Notes under the pieces: model-generated | What the model was told of the DNA's origin: nothing | The model's database searches: none | Seen by the model: the letters and a program-made list of their open reading frames with translations, nothing else | Part shown: positions 39,401 to 39,990 of the stretch, one piece after another | How positions within the stretch are numbered: position 1 is the stretch's first letter | Layout: each line of letters starts with the position of its first letter | Made by a program: the position numbers and the translations under genes | From: Kiritimatiellia bacterium | GTDB lineage: Bacteria; Verrucomicrobiota; Kiritimatiellia; CAIQIC01; Lenti-01 | NCBI GenBank assembly: GCA_045627965.1 | Contig: JAZQOP010000315.1 | Location: 1 to 57,011 of the forward strand | Direction of reading: 5' to 3' | DNA: 57,011 nucleotides

Positions 39401-39979
39401 CAAGGCCGCGCACCCCGAGAACACGCCGCCCTGCAGCGTCTCGACACCGCGTCCAATTTTCACATGCACCAAATTCGAGCAGGCGCCGAATGCCTTTTCC
39501 CCTAAAACGGTCACGCTGTCGGGGATGACGGCCTCTTCCAGCTTCGAACACCCCTCAAACGCCCCTTCGCCGAGTTCTTCCAGGCCCTCGGGAAAATCGG
39601 CCTGCACCAGGTTGGCGCAACCGGCAAACGCATAGGCCCCCAGCGACCTCAAACCGGCCGCAAGCGTCACGTTTGTCAGCCCGCTCAAGGCAAAAGCGCT
39701 CGTCCCGATATTCGTCACGGTGGAAGGCAAAACCACATCCGTCACGCCAGCGCGCGCGTAAAAAGCACCTTCCGCGAGCTCCGCCACGGGCAATCCGTCC
39801 AGGCTCGCCGGGACCGACACGGGGCCATCGCCACCGGAATAGCCGACAATCCGGGCGCCGCCATCCCATTCCTCATATTCGAAGTCGCCGCATACGGCAG
39901 CTGGGGCAGACGCTCCCCAGCCGAAGAGTCCGAGCACGCCCGCCAACCATGCGCTGGTCCAGTTTTTCATCGTCTTCAT
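6413..39979 (-). CDS. Giant secreted multidomain protein, 11,188 aa, a putative surface adhesin or fibre. Order: signal peptide, BspA-type LRRs, 14 beta-helix/InlB-B-repeat-like modules, CUB-like insert, three Gly-rich beta-helix modules, FN3/Ig-like stalk.
   Basis: A single uninterrupted ORF in the track. The N-terminus MKTMKNWTSAWLAGVLGLFGWGASAPAA looks like a Sec signal peptide. AGGAG abuts the first ATG and lies 9 nt from the second ATG at 39970, so the true start may be 39970. Recognisable domain motifs run along the whole length (see sub-features). Confidence 0.93.
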   Translation of the reverse strand: MKTMKNWTSAWLAGVLGLFGWGASAPAAVCGDFEYEEWDGGARIVGYSGGDGPVSVPASLDGLPVAELAEGAFYARAGVTDVVLPSTVTNIGTSAFALSGLTNVTLAAGLRSLGAYAFAGCANLVQADFPEGLEELGEGAFEGCSKLEEAVIPDSVTVLGEKAFGACSNLVHVKIGRGVETLQGGVFSGCAALRTVELSEGLETISDSAFQGCGIERLAIPDSVKCVQDSAFSGCCNLTEITWGGGLTDLINGAFSYCSGLTEVIIPDSVTNIYGGPFDCCYGLTNVVVGDGVLDMCRGSWFMDCTNIERLVIGSGVKEIKCGAFSNLRALKELVLSEGLEKITDGSFGGCAIERLVLPDSLKCLDSSAFAGCTNLKEIVWGAGLQEVKIGAFSGCHGLTDLVIPATVTNLYGGAFSGCIGLTNIVIGEGVQDLSTSVFSGCTNLERVVVGGGVTNLTSGAFSGCSKLRAIELHEGIEVIQNSAFYGAGIERLVLPDSVAVVDYSAFSGCSNLMEIVWGDGIREVKNGAFSYCPRLAEVVIPNSVTNIDGGPFDNCVGLTNVVVGDGVRDMCRGYWFSGSTNIERLVIGGGVRNIQCGAFNNLRALKELVLSEGLEKITDSSFSGCPIERLVLPDSMRYVGESAFGGCSNLTEIVWGNGIRDVRNGAFSGASQLREVVLPNSVTNVDGNPFSGCYAVTNLVVGDGVKNIENSWCYGLTNLQHLVIGNQVTNIGDSAFCSTYPLKEVVIPNSVTHIGSCVFCGDGQIERLVIGDGVEYLTNGVFTCGLTGVVSLVVGGGVTNLTSTPFSFPNLRELDIHDGVLSITDGAFSGYAKLERVSLPATLKVLSNSAFAGCSSLKKVDLPEGLTDIMNGAFSSCASLEELVIPDSVTNLCCSAFSGCASVTNLVIGEGLTGICGALSGLSSLRHVAVGGNMKQLGCSIFSGCTQLSDVELKEGLETIWESAFSGTAIQQLVLPDSVTLLDGGAFSGCKGLTNIVWGAGLKKIGSGAFSGCTGLSSVEIPDGVEALEGGAFSGCSGLTNAVIGDGVPNISQGIFSGCTNLERVVVGAGIASLGNSEFNGMGKLSEVVLQEGLQRISYYAFQGTALERLVLPDSVTYVGENAFAYCSNLTKIVWGAGIGTVQNSAFTGCTGLTDVVIPDSVTNLLGGAFSGCSGLTNAVIGEGVTDLCQGIFSGCTNLEHVVVGGSLEHVGCGAFSGMRKLVAVDLHDGIRVIDQSAFAATGLERLALPDSVTNIDSSAFSGCLNLTGIDWGTGLAKIGYGSFAGCSALAELRVPDGVESLGEQAFKGCSGLEGIWLPASVTEVGRDAFAGCTHGGIIHLAAGSTLTAEDLRVTAGAKEWLVVREGADMLLEAEGVAWTFVPDGNGGALLTGLLPMSAGSATVPSQVEGLAVTGIADGVCANCPNLTDLILGDGVTVIGAGAFAGCTGLTNVVLGTGVEMIGEGAFEGAPLDVVEALVWGEGAVTPRWAVVGAGQTATFAADTDGIALFEGWTGQLGISETNETVTWSFGAVPGHRGRMEAYFGAIWVGGEGADDENAGTRDAPKATLQAAVDAAADGGAVLALAGTYGAVATAGRSVAVIGWDGAESCIMDGQGAGRCATLLDVTETNQPVSESATLLAGWTLTNGVAAADVGGGALGGNLRWCLVTGNTAEMGGGAWHARLDHCQVVGNTASADGGGTCGGTLSWSAVTGNRAQNGAAAVEASLDGCQVFGNTGTNSVLQNATLKDCSVTENAVLEAGAIHDGGAALRCEYWRNVDGGGVVAAAVELDNCVVAKNTGNGVRGGTATSCTVVDNSGWGVDGAQLRNSIVWGNGSNGNCSSWSSSWIQGQYGVSDPLFVDSANGDYQLLGVSPCVDAGSADYATGSATDVRGAPRVQGTAPDMGAYEGCVAGVKVVVEGAGTVEPMRATLAAGTESVTFAVTSNGAGEREFLGWQVDGELVGTETTYVWANMGVSGVLTALFGSGTVYVDAATGDDANPGTSAAPVATIQKGVDLALAGDRVAVAPGTYASFSTADKAIVIDGTDGASVTFVAGGNGTRCATLGSASGQTNTLVRGLTLMNGLLGTSGNGGGACYGTLEDCVVSGNTASYGGGTYFSVLRDCVLSGNAATNRGGGAYYGELENCVVTGNSAQDGGGTSYARVRGGSVSTNTSRGWGAAAFEGYLEGVEVRGNTAGGDGGAMNCGFMRDCTVEGNESGGSGGATMNVSMTNCVIRGNVARNDGGGTCNGTIEGGEIVGNRANYGAGCYGGTLTGVSIRDNVSLNQGGATYSSTLSNCLVANNSGGGVQYGTATHCTIVGNSGWGVYYPTVRNSIIWGSLTNLYNTSDLLFSCADTGNGGVQGVTAHPLFVDSAAGDWRLLDISPCVDAGSMVYATALAVDLAGGARIQGEGPDMGAFEGGIRAVCVVMEGRGTVTPSTALLEDAGDELTFTAGGEREFLGWKVDGELVGTNATYVWSNTGASGVLTAMFGSGTVYVDAATGNDANDGTSTAPVATIQRGVELALAGDRVAVAPGSYEAFSTANKAIVVEGTAGASNTVVLGRAGVRCATLGGSYGDTNTLVRGLTLTGADLGTSADGGGAIYGTLEDCVIHGNTANYGGGAYYSVLRNCVLEGNVARNWGGGAYCGSLDECEVRGNTANYAGGLNSANATNCVLEGNVALYQYGASDNGVLTGCEIRNNRAQGYVVGYGTLSNCVISGNEANSYVTYYSTLYDCVVENNAVTNSLMYGNSATRCRIVGNRMQNGGWAVSSMTLDNCVVANNEGNGVSGGTLTHCTVVGNSEQGVNYPTMRNSIVWGNATNYFNTGNVTYSCLQGGQGGEGCITNNPLILAVQGGDWRLLDASPCVDAGDPAYADGAGTDLLGAARLQGLAPDMGACEGGVRAVRVEIVGLGTVTPPAAALEGAGTEIVFTAEGLEGRPFLGWEIDGEVVGTEATYVWPNNGEAGLLTARFGSLCVYVDATAGNDANDGSAEHPVATIQRGVDLAGSTDEVRVAPGTYAPFSTANKLIVVVGTAGASETVVVGSSGMRCATLGNNSYHTNTVLRGLTLTGADLGSSNSGGGANFGTLEDCVIRGNTASYGGGAYYSVLRNCVLEGNVAVYSGGGIYYGMLADCDVRENTANYGGGTYGTAIEGGTICSNVANYSGGGCYNGTVAGAEISWNQATNNGNGGGAYYATLSNCNVVGNRSRYGAGVNGGTHARCRFEWNEGTNSIICNGAALTDCEVVGNRVLVSNDGLHYGGQATRTLYLANTNAGYGTTENVTLDNCVVANNVGNGVRYGTVTHSTIVGNTGWGVYYPTIRNSIVWGNGLENYDSVNMFYSCVDQGGGGTGCILEDPLLVSVASGDFRLLDGSPCADAGSAQYADAAGTDIAGAPRVQGAGPDMGAYEGTVVGVGVSIVGTGRVTPMSALLGESVVFTAVPADEHHPFVRWEIDGTVVGTGLTYEWGEVTAAGQLTAVFGDWGLHVGGEGADDSNDGSLEHPLASIQRAVEWPEPIEVIWVHPGTYAPFCSTNRKVRIESTDGAAVTIVDGGGTGRCARLTMQTSYSSSDTNTILVGFTLRNGRTTSNGENMGGYGGGALCGQLEDCVLEGNYASSYGGGSYYSILHRCRLIENRANYGGGIYGGNAYDCLLVENEAISRGGGMCYGSVYQCTIWGNRAPQGAGMYGGAMFNSICGGNGGEDSIQVDNTSVYYSCIVGERTPSYEYCNLYSDPMFANVADGDFRLLAGSPCIDAGYAGYVYTTTDLAGAARTQGRASDLGAYEGAVTQEAAIRVSVYVDGVGSVSPMSVDVPMYGLARFTATEDGRHAFDGWWWQGRCVGTNLTLSLNGVTEGGVLTARFRGADVHVGGAAADDANDGSAEHPVATLQRGVALTRQGDTILVAPGVYAPVATSNRLIHLKSVAGPERTIIDGGGTNRCADFGSTTNTQMTGFTLRNGWNDNSGGGAYYGSLDRCILTGNSVSNTYNGSCYGAAAADSVLKNCLLTGNTSMRDGGAVAWAYLYGCTIWGNSGSNTVYSPNALYNTIIWSNQAWSGTNVVWGATPWNCCIEGGTTANNCVTAMPLFVDSAADDFRLMMGSPGVDSGDNAYACGEMDLQGRARIQDGRVDMGALEGAASIIRVEIEGIGRVDPMALDTTSDSDAVFLAQETGYPFLGWKVNGEWVGTGKAFAWETEPKCGGLTAVFEGCIWVDAENGDDGNPGTEESPLKTLNAAVMKVPEGGLVKVLPGTYGSVKTFGKTLRMESVAGAVETIIDGGGTARCADLGGGSEDTNSVLVGFTLTNGTNSPSAVECGHLEHCILTGNMDGYAAVRTWLEDCELYGNSGPGTAYDCTMIRCVIRDNVQTYIWGAAERCQLDNCLIVGNSSNGVYGGTATHCTIAGNGGAGVVNCTTLRNCIVWGNAIASTYGSNAFSCVEGGGATNGCITSNPRLVNLTAGLCFLQADSPCMNAGDASFATNSAMDVEGKTRVQGGAPDMGAYESDGTVWWGMPVVVEGAGRVIPAGGVTTNNGMVVFTAEGDDFLGWWQNGVLLSMDRTWTWGPVTGAGSTLTAKFDPTMWVDAEHGDDSWPGGRNSPKATIQAAVDAATTGMIVKVKPGTYGPIVTGGRSIRIESTDGAAVTIIDGGAVARCADLGTTGTNSVVAGFTLRNGGSETGGAALYGKLEHCVVTGNTNSYGVTRGTCLEDCLMTGNNSGYGMAWQCTLVRCQLTDNDVGLRGAAQDCQLENCLVARNSYTGVYGGTATHCTIVNNSECGVYNKPTLRNCIVWNNGYQYSSYYGSCYYSCLQGGGSGTGCISSDPMLVDVGAGNYALQLGSPCIDTGSASYSSSTPLDLAGNARRYGSRPDMGAYENQGAVTATVAVTGTGSVSPTNVTAVFGQSVVFSATGENGASFLRWEIGGVTVGTSTTYEWIAGTEDVALTAVFESYASACAWAVGSGYVEPTSASAATGEHVLFAATGLNGASFLRWEIAGETVGTSPTYDWIAGTGLVELRAVFETAALWVDATTGNDENDGREEHPLQSIQSAVLRSGDGDVILVGPGIYGPINTESKTLRIVGTAGPSLTIIDGGGASCCAMLGDLQGIYSDEPMTNSVLEGFTLRNGVGQYYQGYTYGGGALGGVLLRCVVTGCSAYAGGGAAGSCLESCLVTGNTADYAGGIFIGQAVNCTISGNSATYEGGADAYGATIINSILWGAGENTVYMDAGTLAYSCVEGVDASAGEGLVLDNPLFVDAENGDYRLLAGSPCLNAGTVADWLSELDLAGNARVQDNIVDLGAYEGATDMTGMLRVSVAVNGNGMVSPMGAWVEEGGSVSLTATAHEGTKFVEWQQDGVSAGTNLTLTMENVQAAMTVTAVFVDLMRVDVSASGNGTVSPMGAWLDEGENIVLTATPTEGWSFAEWRRDGETAGTNTTLVVDNVQGATEIVAVFLDLSRPECWWVDSAIGDDANTGTSNAPLATIQRAVELAYSGETIWVCPGVYEPISTTNTNLHIESTEGAEATIIDGGGTDRCVSFWDRYEGNTGSTNRSGNVLIGFTLQNGNVGDSIGGGLIRGVAEDCVLKNNVAYNGGGAYASDLIRCDVIGNLATSAGGGVCQCDLRVCTVQSNQAQYSGGGSCAGVAMDCTFVRNQAGQHGGGSYQSELLRCVVEENRVGSGYYGAGTYDCHLTACVVRRNAGAYCGAGAYYGYAQDSVFVENEASSYAGGTYYGTFVNCLIYGNTASYAAEGYDSTWLNCLASAAGGDYIRMDHCCVPSTNAFRYGSFTTGVVGQVEFASLEGGDYRMMMGSPAVDAGWNGYVSNQVDLVGMDRILNDVVDIGPCEGVVEAERIRVKVIGHGNVEPMLHWVTGGEDVTFTALPDGVHPFVEWRIEGESVGTETTYVWANIQGNGILEAVFAPATWWVDAAAGNDGNAGTADAPLASIRQAVSLADSGDVIMVHPGVYGPFETVTTNLLLESTDGAQTTIIDGGGTNRCVAFWHGNVGNYSWGETNKSGNTLKGFTIRNGNAQNNPYTTYAGGLMNGAAVDCIFTNNSAGEGGAAVLSELTNCELADNTANYNGGAVSYCQLTDCVLTRNQARDGGGAYYSTLLDCVLEENGGFAWNGDPYTYGGGTYYGTAEGCTYRGNMAGYDGGGAYYGTLRNCNLVSNVVRGNTGSAYGGGTYGATLWNCVLEGNVVNANYSCGGGADYSTLHACIVRGNRAEGANSYGGGLEGCTAYDCLVEGNYAEYGGGGTYNGMYVNCLITGNQADGQGPEGYYCTWKNCLASGAGGYSVTMDHCCVPSTNAYVYGSFTTGLVAEVQFANAAIGDYRLMAGSPGVDAGDNGYVVNSVDLLGAPRIQNHVVDMGPCEGELSGMVRLQTEVIGSGRVEPAGALVSAGEDVTVRAVEDGMHPFVEWRAYGSTIGTELELTWQDVSESLTLTAVFAPGVLWVDAAMGDNANPGTEAAPKASIQAAIDAASAGDEIRVLPGTYAPIKTGGLAVRIIGVAGAESTIIDAALDLANGVTNRCALLMSRNPNYSMSEMVTETNSILEGFTLRHGWADNYNRALGGGVCGGTVRNCVLEENQAYGGGGGAALAVLENCVIRHNSMSSGGYGGAGTFQCQLTDCLVEENDARYGCSGGGTYGGTLERCVVQRNLAGSSGAGSWSPLVARNSLFVSNVCTNVTSTGGGIYGNGYGSSKVVGCTVVNNTAGYAGGVDYGEYWNCLIWGNQSSFHSMNENARNVAMLSHTCVEGGYGGAWDGLWAADPCFVNAAEGDYRLADGSPYVDAGTSDDTDLGAFDLAGTARVQGGGVDLGAYEGAFAVETPAGYWQVRALADGAGTVSPEVQLVAAGGTAELVASWGDERHAFAGWWMGDTQVGTSRLLKLTGVASNVVVTAKWAIGELWVDAANGSDLCDGSEELPFATIGEAVAAAWVNDVIHVRPGTYDAVAVDKAVRIESTDGYALTTLSGGASGSATLAQGAVLAGFTLGTWENQDLSTDHPTATVEVQGDGTVSPVRATAETGAQVAFTAMPASGVTFLRWELKGQTVGTNSTYIWTAGTENVALTAVFVTLSGNRWYVAAAGDDGNAGSPASPFRSIQAAVNRASDGDTVLVGPGIYSSVETSNKRLQVVGTSGASQTIIDGGGNAPCISIQDGGDSFNVENVVGSVTLNGSSNGGTTSINPGETYRFYDSGGANGNYGNSERLTYTFRNATGGALALTFVTAGGESCCDYLAVSNGSTQVSRQTLGSFVNWNYTTDSGVLSFGFYSDSSVTGAGWEALISAAGGGASTNMVFEGFTLQNGGTTGEVAVLTSGLLKDCVIQDCQSASAVVSSSRLEDCSIIRCTGNVVVGDATAVRSQMVGNTAICQVVNNAQLDSCLVADNVGNGVLGGLAANCTIAGNSGWGVNGASLRNSIVWGNGVSGTYGSILASCLQDSEATVTGDPLFVDAACGNYALRDGSPCIDAGYANFATNSPTDLAGNERIYGAAPDMGAFEFGPRTGTSGGRLERCRVAGAVERSELESCLVDGLLRSATAVNCTLTGCVGTQASRLANSIVAGSIEEEGMGNVLVHSWMGDALDDIFVDAARGDYRLRSGSACVDAGDSSLPQEALDLEGNPRVQGEAVDMGAIEGAVEGWWVTAECRGSGNVEPQREFVAPGSELTLEGSTECTTSYWLTNGAFAGRGTSLTLANVSEDVKVTWVVRSMEETPTLAGVVLGLDGRPVDGAIVRAWTAASEEGGAETLLAEVETEAGTGWWAIAVPDGWIGRVAAEWGCGTFEPAEVAFEEVVADAQETDFVMTDAYPLQAPILSRPQDGGYAVNEALLTWAGSDCAVIYEVLAGHEGGELAVLGTTTETCWNWAFGEDGTYEWAVRAGNAAGEWTNSETGRFEGLDALVLTGQVSVAAGDDIYEGKLLLADGATIEFDGVHRLKGLILTNGAVVTHPACETGVVHSVDLVLDKMLWVGADSSVDVTGKGWPTGVGGMTGTNSISAGGSHGGKGGSSSLQPYGDQTNPHEPGSGGAQSAGGGVIRIQAREMVLDGTVMANGATNTQSTGAGGSIWLDTGVLSGNGFVMAEGGAATTTSSSYAYTGGGGRVAIWAATNLGFEVESQMSVSEGRKQNGYYLGDPGTIYMMTGPAPLRVDKAEPSGWAQWLGTWTVQFNQDVDAATFDVSDATMEGPSGAVTASRLMRLDERTYKVIFPTTTEQGQHNLMIGPAVQGGLFGAQMSAAEGGSVVVLSETPEMPTVNGWMAGAGVTNWVRNSWLTITGTRTDGTALWVDDYQKVAEGNGEWSWYSSYSNGERDMRFWCVDLAGNHSETNTYHIFVDYNSPYVTQKSPQDKAYFPSEAPPAQVDVRFWEMGSGMDWDQTTLSLAKDGAVVEGTWTHGSTNAAFTPAVPFGIGTWQVSVTPKDRAGNTGETVTWRFTVTDLPYDTELTSSTTVATNGTALEGKSVLVNGTTLTLNGTHHLANLWVVNGGQVTHDVSTTNWTGYMDVTADGEIWVESGSRIDATGKGYGAKRTAPNNTTVGGATGYAGGSHGGYGGVSSGTTGEVYDDFRHPALPGSGGGNGNGGGVIALAAPRIIVDGTVTAAGAENSYGSGAGGSVRLDAGVLGGIGNVSAAGGASQYYGAGGGGRVSVAYQALTEGFVLEEHVNVSGGARYGSPAAGSGTLYVAPAGEEPVVKILRGSSAAGGVAALFLPEDAEPYDGLAVVSGSGVVVRAKSGLSALTNAEVRLENQAHLEVQEPLALRALSLTNGATLTHPVATTNMTYAVNLQVADTLSVSADSSIDVRGKGYRPGRTYQNATAGASTGRSGGSHGGLGGAYDGTPGATYGDMYSPIWPGGGSGTANTGSAGGGVVRIVAGTLDLEGNILADGANPPNGNSAGGAGGSVYVEATTLKGAGWMMARGGGGSGNGQVGGGGGRIAVYYSDMTEFDAEHLSSAAGTSGLSEAAAEDGTVWIGERVPVRVLGMSPEGLVTTAVECIRFEFSTQVREGTFGTDALTVVGPAGVVEVTNVEQVAASGLAGSVWVAWLDGGATAEGDYSLTLAPTLVSVSGMEMLEAYTNWMRLDWTAPVPPVLDGWTMAPATNDLRVTSITIGGMRPEVESIWVNGTLRAAEADGEWSWSTSLSQGLNTLRLKARDQAGNESDEVEYRFWVDNVAPTVDSVTPGNGATLATSPSNVVVTYRDATTGVDAARCALEVRRGDTPVEGAPGTPSVGTNRAEFVFAGTLPDGAYTVKITLTDLMGNSREQQTTFTVDTMPPAVPVAEGVLSPTTISSQTLHGWKEAGSTVWVNGRQASGSQGATNWSYTVSLEGGDNEIVLFAQDAAGNRSSETIVAIYYEDNAPGAVTITADGQGNGTQVKLAWTNYNEYENGNDIASYRIYMSTDGAFTNSMLATFRASVSSGTKRYTVDNLSRNTTYWFAVAARDTAGNERRRVVSVPATTMDVVAPADTTNIWFDCGASNLVVHWMPAANGDGDLDGYVVKFDADAGDGEMVPATNAELAVRRDHLLGATAYPVRIRAYDRDGNMSSGKTATGATWLANPVADIADVYEQTVDLAWTAAEPTNLVRRYAVFVSTQEFASVEGMEALVWTKALTNQVANLVNGQTYWFAVAAENIAGGMDPAVVASAAVPRPDTEGPSIGNLRWDGIPLTSGTALRADGTLAVSATDRAGVARIEVRIDGRLLGSSSASTNATASWKVSTTEADGPYELEIRALDTKGNESILTTNLMVQLALPGAPTITSPATEKMLSKTRLSVTGTGAKNADMVNVYVNDVLAAQWAPASDGAFAGYVTLGDGVNRLKAAGQNRAGQGVFSTPVRVIVDSSVPEAPTTLKATAQEGGTVKLTWAGALDAKGYWIYRSRTPFDSHLSATRVNSKLLTATTYTDETPLDTTYYYRVMAVNNAGTGSDLSEIASATCDRTPPTAILSFRTAGTKVGETYGRGLVTVTVTVSEKLQAIPFVSLTVAGNTPITPTLRQSATNECEYSGIIEVGDATPTGTAVASFSGRDVAGNRGTVILGGTAIELDSAGPRLAALALLPSAPVENNPDSPGRITVTMTFAEDDLPSDTPTLRWMLTETSPEWTPVALAQGGQSGTWIGSFDLPSTAGQPSELLRFSYEGRDELGNLGTTIGGESQFLVYQGELPGLDAPGGLEWTAGEGGRVSLAWRDVAGASGYAVFRGPNAGALEPIAVSPTTGWEEMAGDATNYYAVASLRTANGQVSTGAVGNVVRVVSDATPPDVPEAPELILTGSGLYMAWAPVDALYYEIYRGEACAEDISSLVAIETRATLPAAVDKNPPQGPVYYQVRARDSVGNVSGLSPCAYTNLALLPVSSLKAQVVGTNAPVLSWTHSEPGNIGGFNVYGGSGDVEALLATLDTMTTSFTDVGYTAAQGERTYSVTAIDPGNGNESVAREMWLPAVSATLRTNQTWYSGVMNRLWYDVTNTGTQDVSGLKLNVAANGETLESSMFVVPAGGSTEVSVMVGGHEEGTNVLVTVLTNRLTGTMGAGEMEIESSDEISLGAAQLSLEVLNAELLRGGESSVRFRLRNTSAEEVEIVTAGANGTAGEIEVRLENEDGMVLARAWCQERTGSNVSTLSDGRTVARVPSGNTFQSANIPLSVPAGSPDKVWLVVEIGQIHYHLGWADEADMAGLSASKEVTLHETIYRVEATEVAPEFSFGPTNFTIRGMAFNRNTGAGQGNVPVKVVVMLNGFESEQTVMTDVHGAWSMEYLPGAGGIYSVSAIHPSVTARPEQLQFQVATADVSPAFFSLTERRGQSRELKASVKVGPDFALTNAALAILAEDQPGGALMENVSVRSDMVLARVAANASGSLPFTVTPGMNAPETGTIILRVISENGPADGWGTVPVTCRFVNAEASMNWTPSTPEVGVTVGGSVQASLEFWNSGFTTLRGTQVALTAADGSAAPAWAGMLTSTTLGDLEPDERRQVLVSFAPSVEVAEGTYEFHLAFTADNHTDRQVRVFVHVSTASTGAAQFKVTDLYTGTIGLGGTITEGLAGALIRLQREDSYLTTNLTSDAQGEAFFRDLPEGSYRYTVQASDHEQSTGRIWIQPGATQVQSVHLNLNLVEVDFIVTETTLTDEYMINVEMTFKTDVPFPVVTVTPTLIELPDMKIGETYYGEFRLENHGLVRADEVSLAMPENSTQFHYELMRAPPSQIEAKEAVTVPFRVTRIGY
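8760..12000 (-). repeat. FN3-like domains (at least seven), mixed with Ig-like domains, in the C-terminal stalk
   Basis: Hallmark strand motifs are present: YRIYMSTDGAF...TYWFAVAARDTAGNE, GYVVKFDAD...YPVRIRAYDRDGNMS, RYAVFVSTQEF...TYWFAVAAENIAGG, GYWIYRSRTPF...YYYRVMAVNNAGTGS, GYAVFRGPNAG...NYYAVASL, YYEIYRGE...VYYQVRARDSVGNVS and FNVYGGSG...RTYSVTAIDPGNGNES. Confidence 0.7.
13100..16310 (-). repeat. Three glycine-rich beta-helix modules (about 15600-16310, 13980-14690 and 13100-13830), each followed by Ig-like domains
   Basis: All three share this pattern: SxIDxTGKGYxxG...GGSHGGxGG...(Y/V)(G/D)Dxxxxxx[1-2]PGSGGG...GGGV(I/V)(R/A)(I/L)xA...(L/V)DGx(I/V)xAxGA...xGAGGS(I/V)x(L/V)(D/E)...LxGxGxxxAxGG...GGGGR(I/V)(A/S)(I/V). 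Confidence 0.6.
16890..35345 (-). repeat. Tandem array of 14 modules. Each is a DUF1565-like cap, PbH1-type right-handed beta-helix repeats, and a closing motif that resembles the choice-of-anchor-Q domain. The 14 closing motifs are followed by zero, one or two InlB-B-repeat-like beta-sandwiches.
   Basis: Each cap reads VYVDAxxGxDxNxGxxxxPxATIQxxV...GDxIxVxPGxY. Each end reads NSI(V/I)WGN...PLFVDxxxGDYRLxxxSPCxDAG...DLxGxxR...D(M/L/I)G(A/P)xE. The 14 end motifs lie near 34.26, 32.74, 31.29, 29.77, 28.64, 27.60, 26.50, 25.39, 24.11, 22.49, 20.91, 19.56, 17.53 and 17.12 kb. The sandwiches match GxGxVxP...FxAxxxxxxxF(L/V)xWxxxGxxVGTxxxYxW...LTAxF. Confidence 0.75.
18140..18520 (-). other. CUB-like domain inserted into the 13th beta-helix module
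   Basis: Sequence: GSVTLNGSSNGGTTSINPGETYRFYDSGGANGNYGNSERLTYTFRNATGGALALTFVTAGGESCCDYLAVSNGSTQVSRQTLGSFVNWNYTTDSGVLSFGFYSDSSVTGAGWEALIS. It fits the CUB pattern (Y.n...C/T.w.i.....i.L.F..f..E..CCDYl.v.dG...lg.f.....s.g..l.v.F.SD.sv...GF.a). It sits where the other modules have only RCAxLG...TNTxLxGFTLxNG. Confidence 0.5.
35560..39815 (-). repeat. BspA-like leucine-rich repeats (LRR_5 type), unit ~23 aa. I estimate about 60 units. They include an 825-nt (275-aa) higher-order repeat.
   Basis: The pattern IPDSVTxIGxxAFSGCxxLTxVxIGxGV recurs throughout. The string ELVLSEGLEKITD(G/S)SF(G/S)GC(A/P)IERLVLPDS recurs exactly 275 aa later. The corresponding DNA near 38.13 kb and 38.96 kb is nearly identical. 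Confidence 0.8.
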
Positions 39980-39990
39980 CTCCTGGCTTC

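Noticed and set aside
35560-39815. Regular short-period repetition that could suggest a CRISPR-like array
   Set aside because: The ~69-nt periodicity is in frame and encodes LRR units within one ORF. There are no conserved direct repeats separated by unique spacers, and no cas genes.
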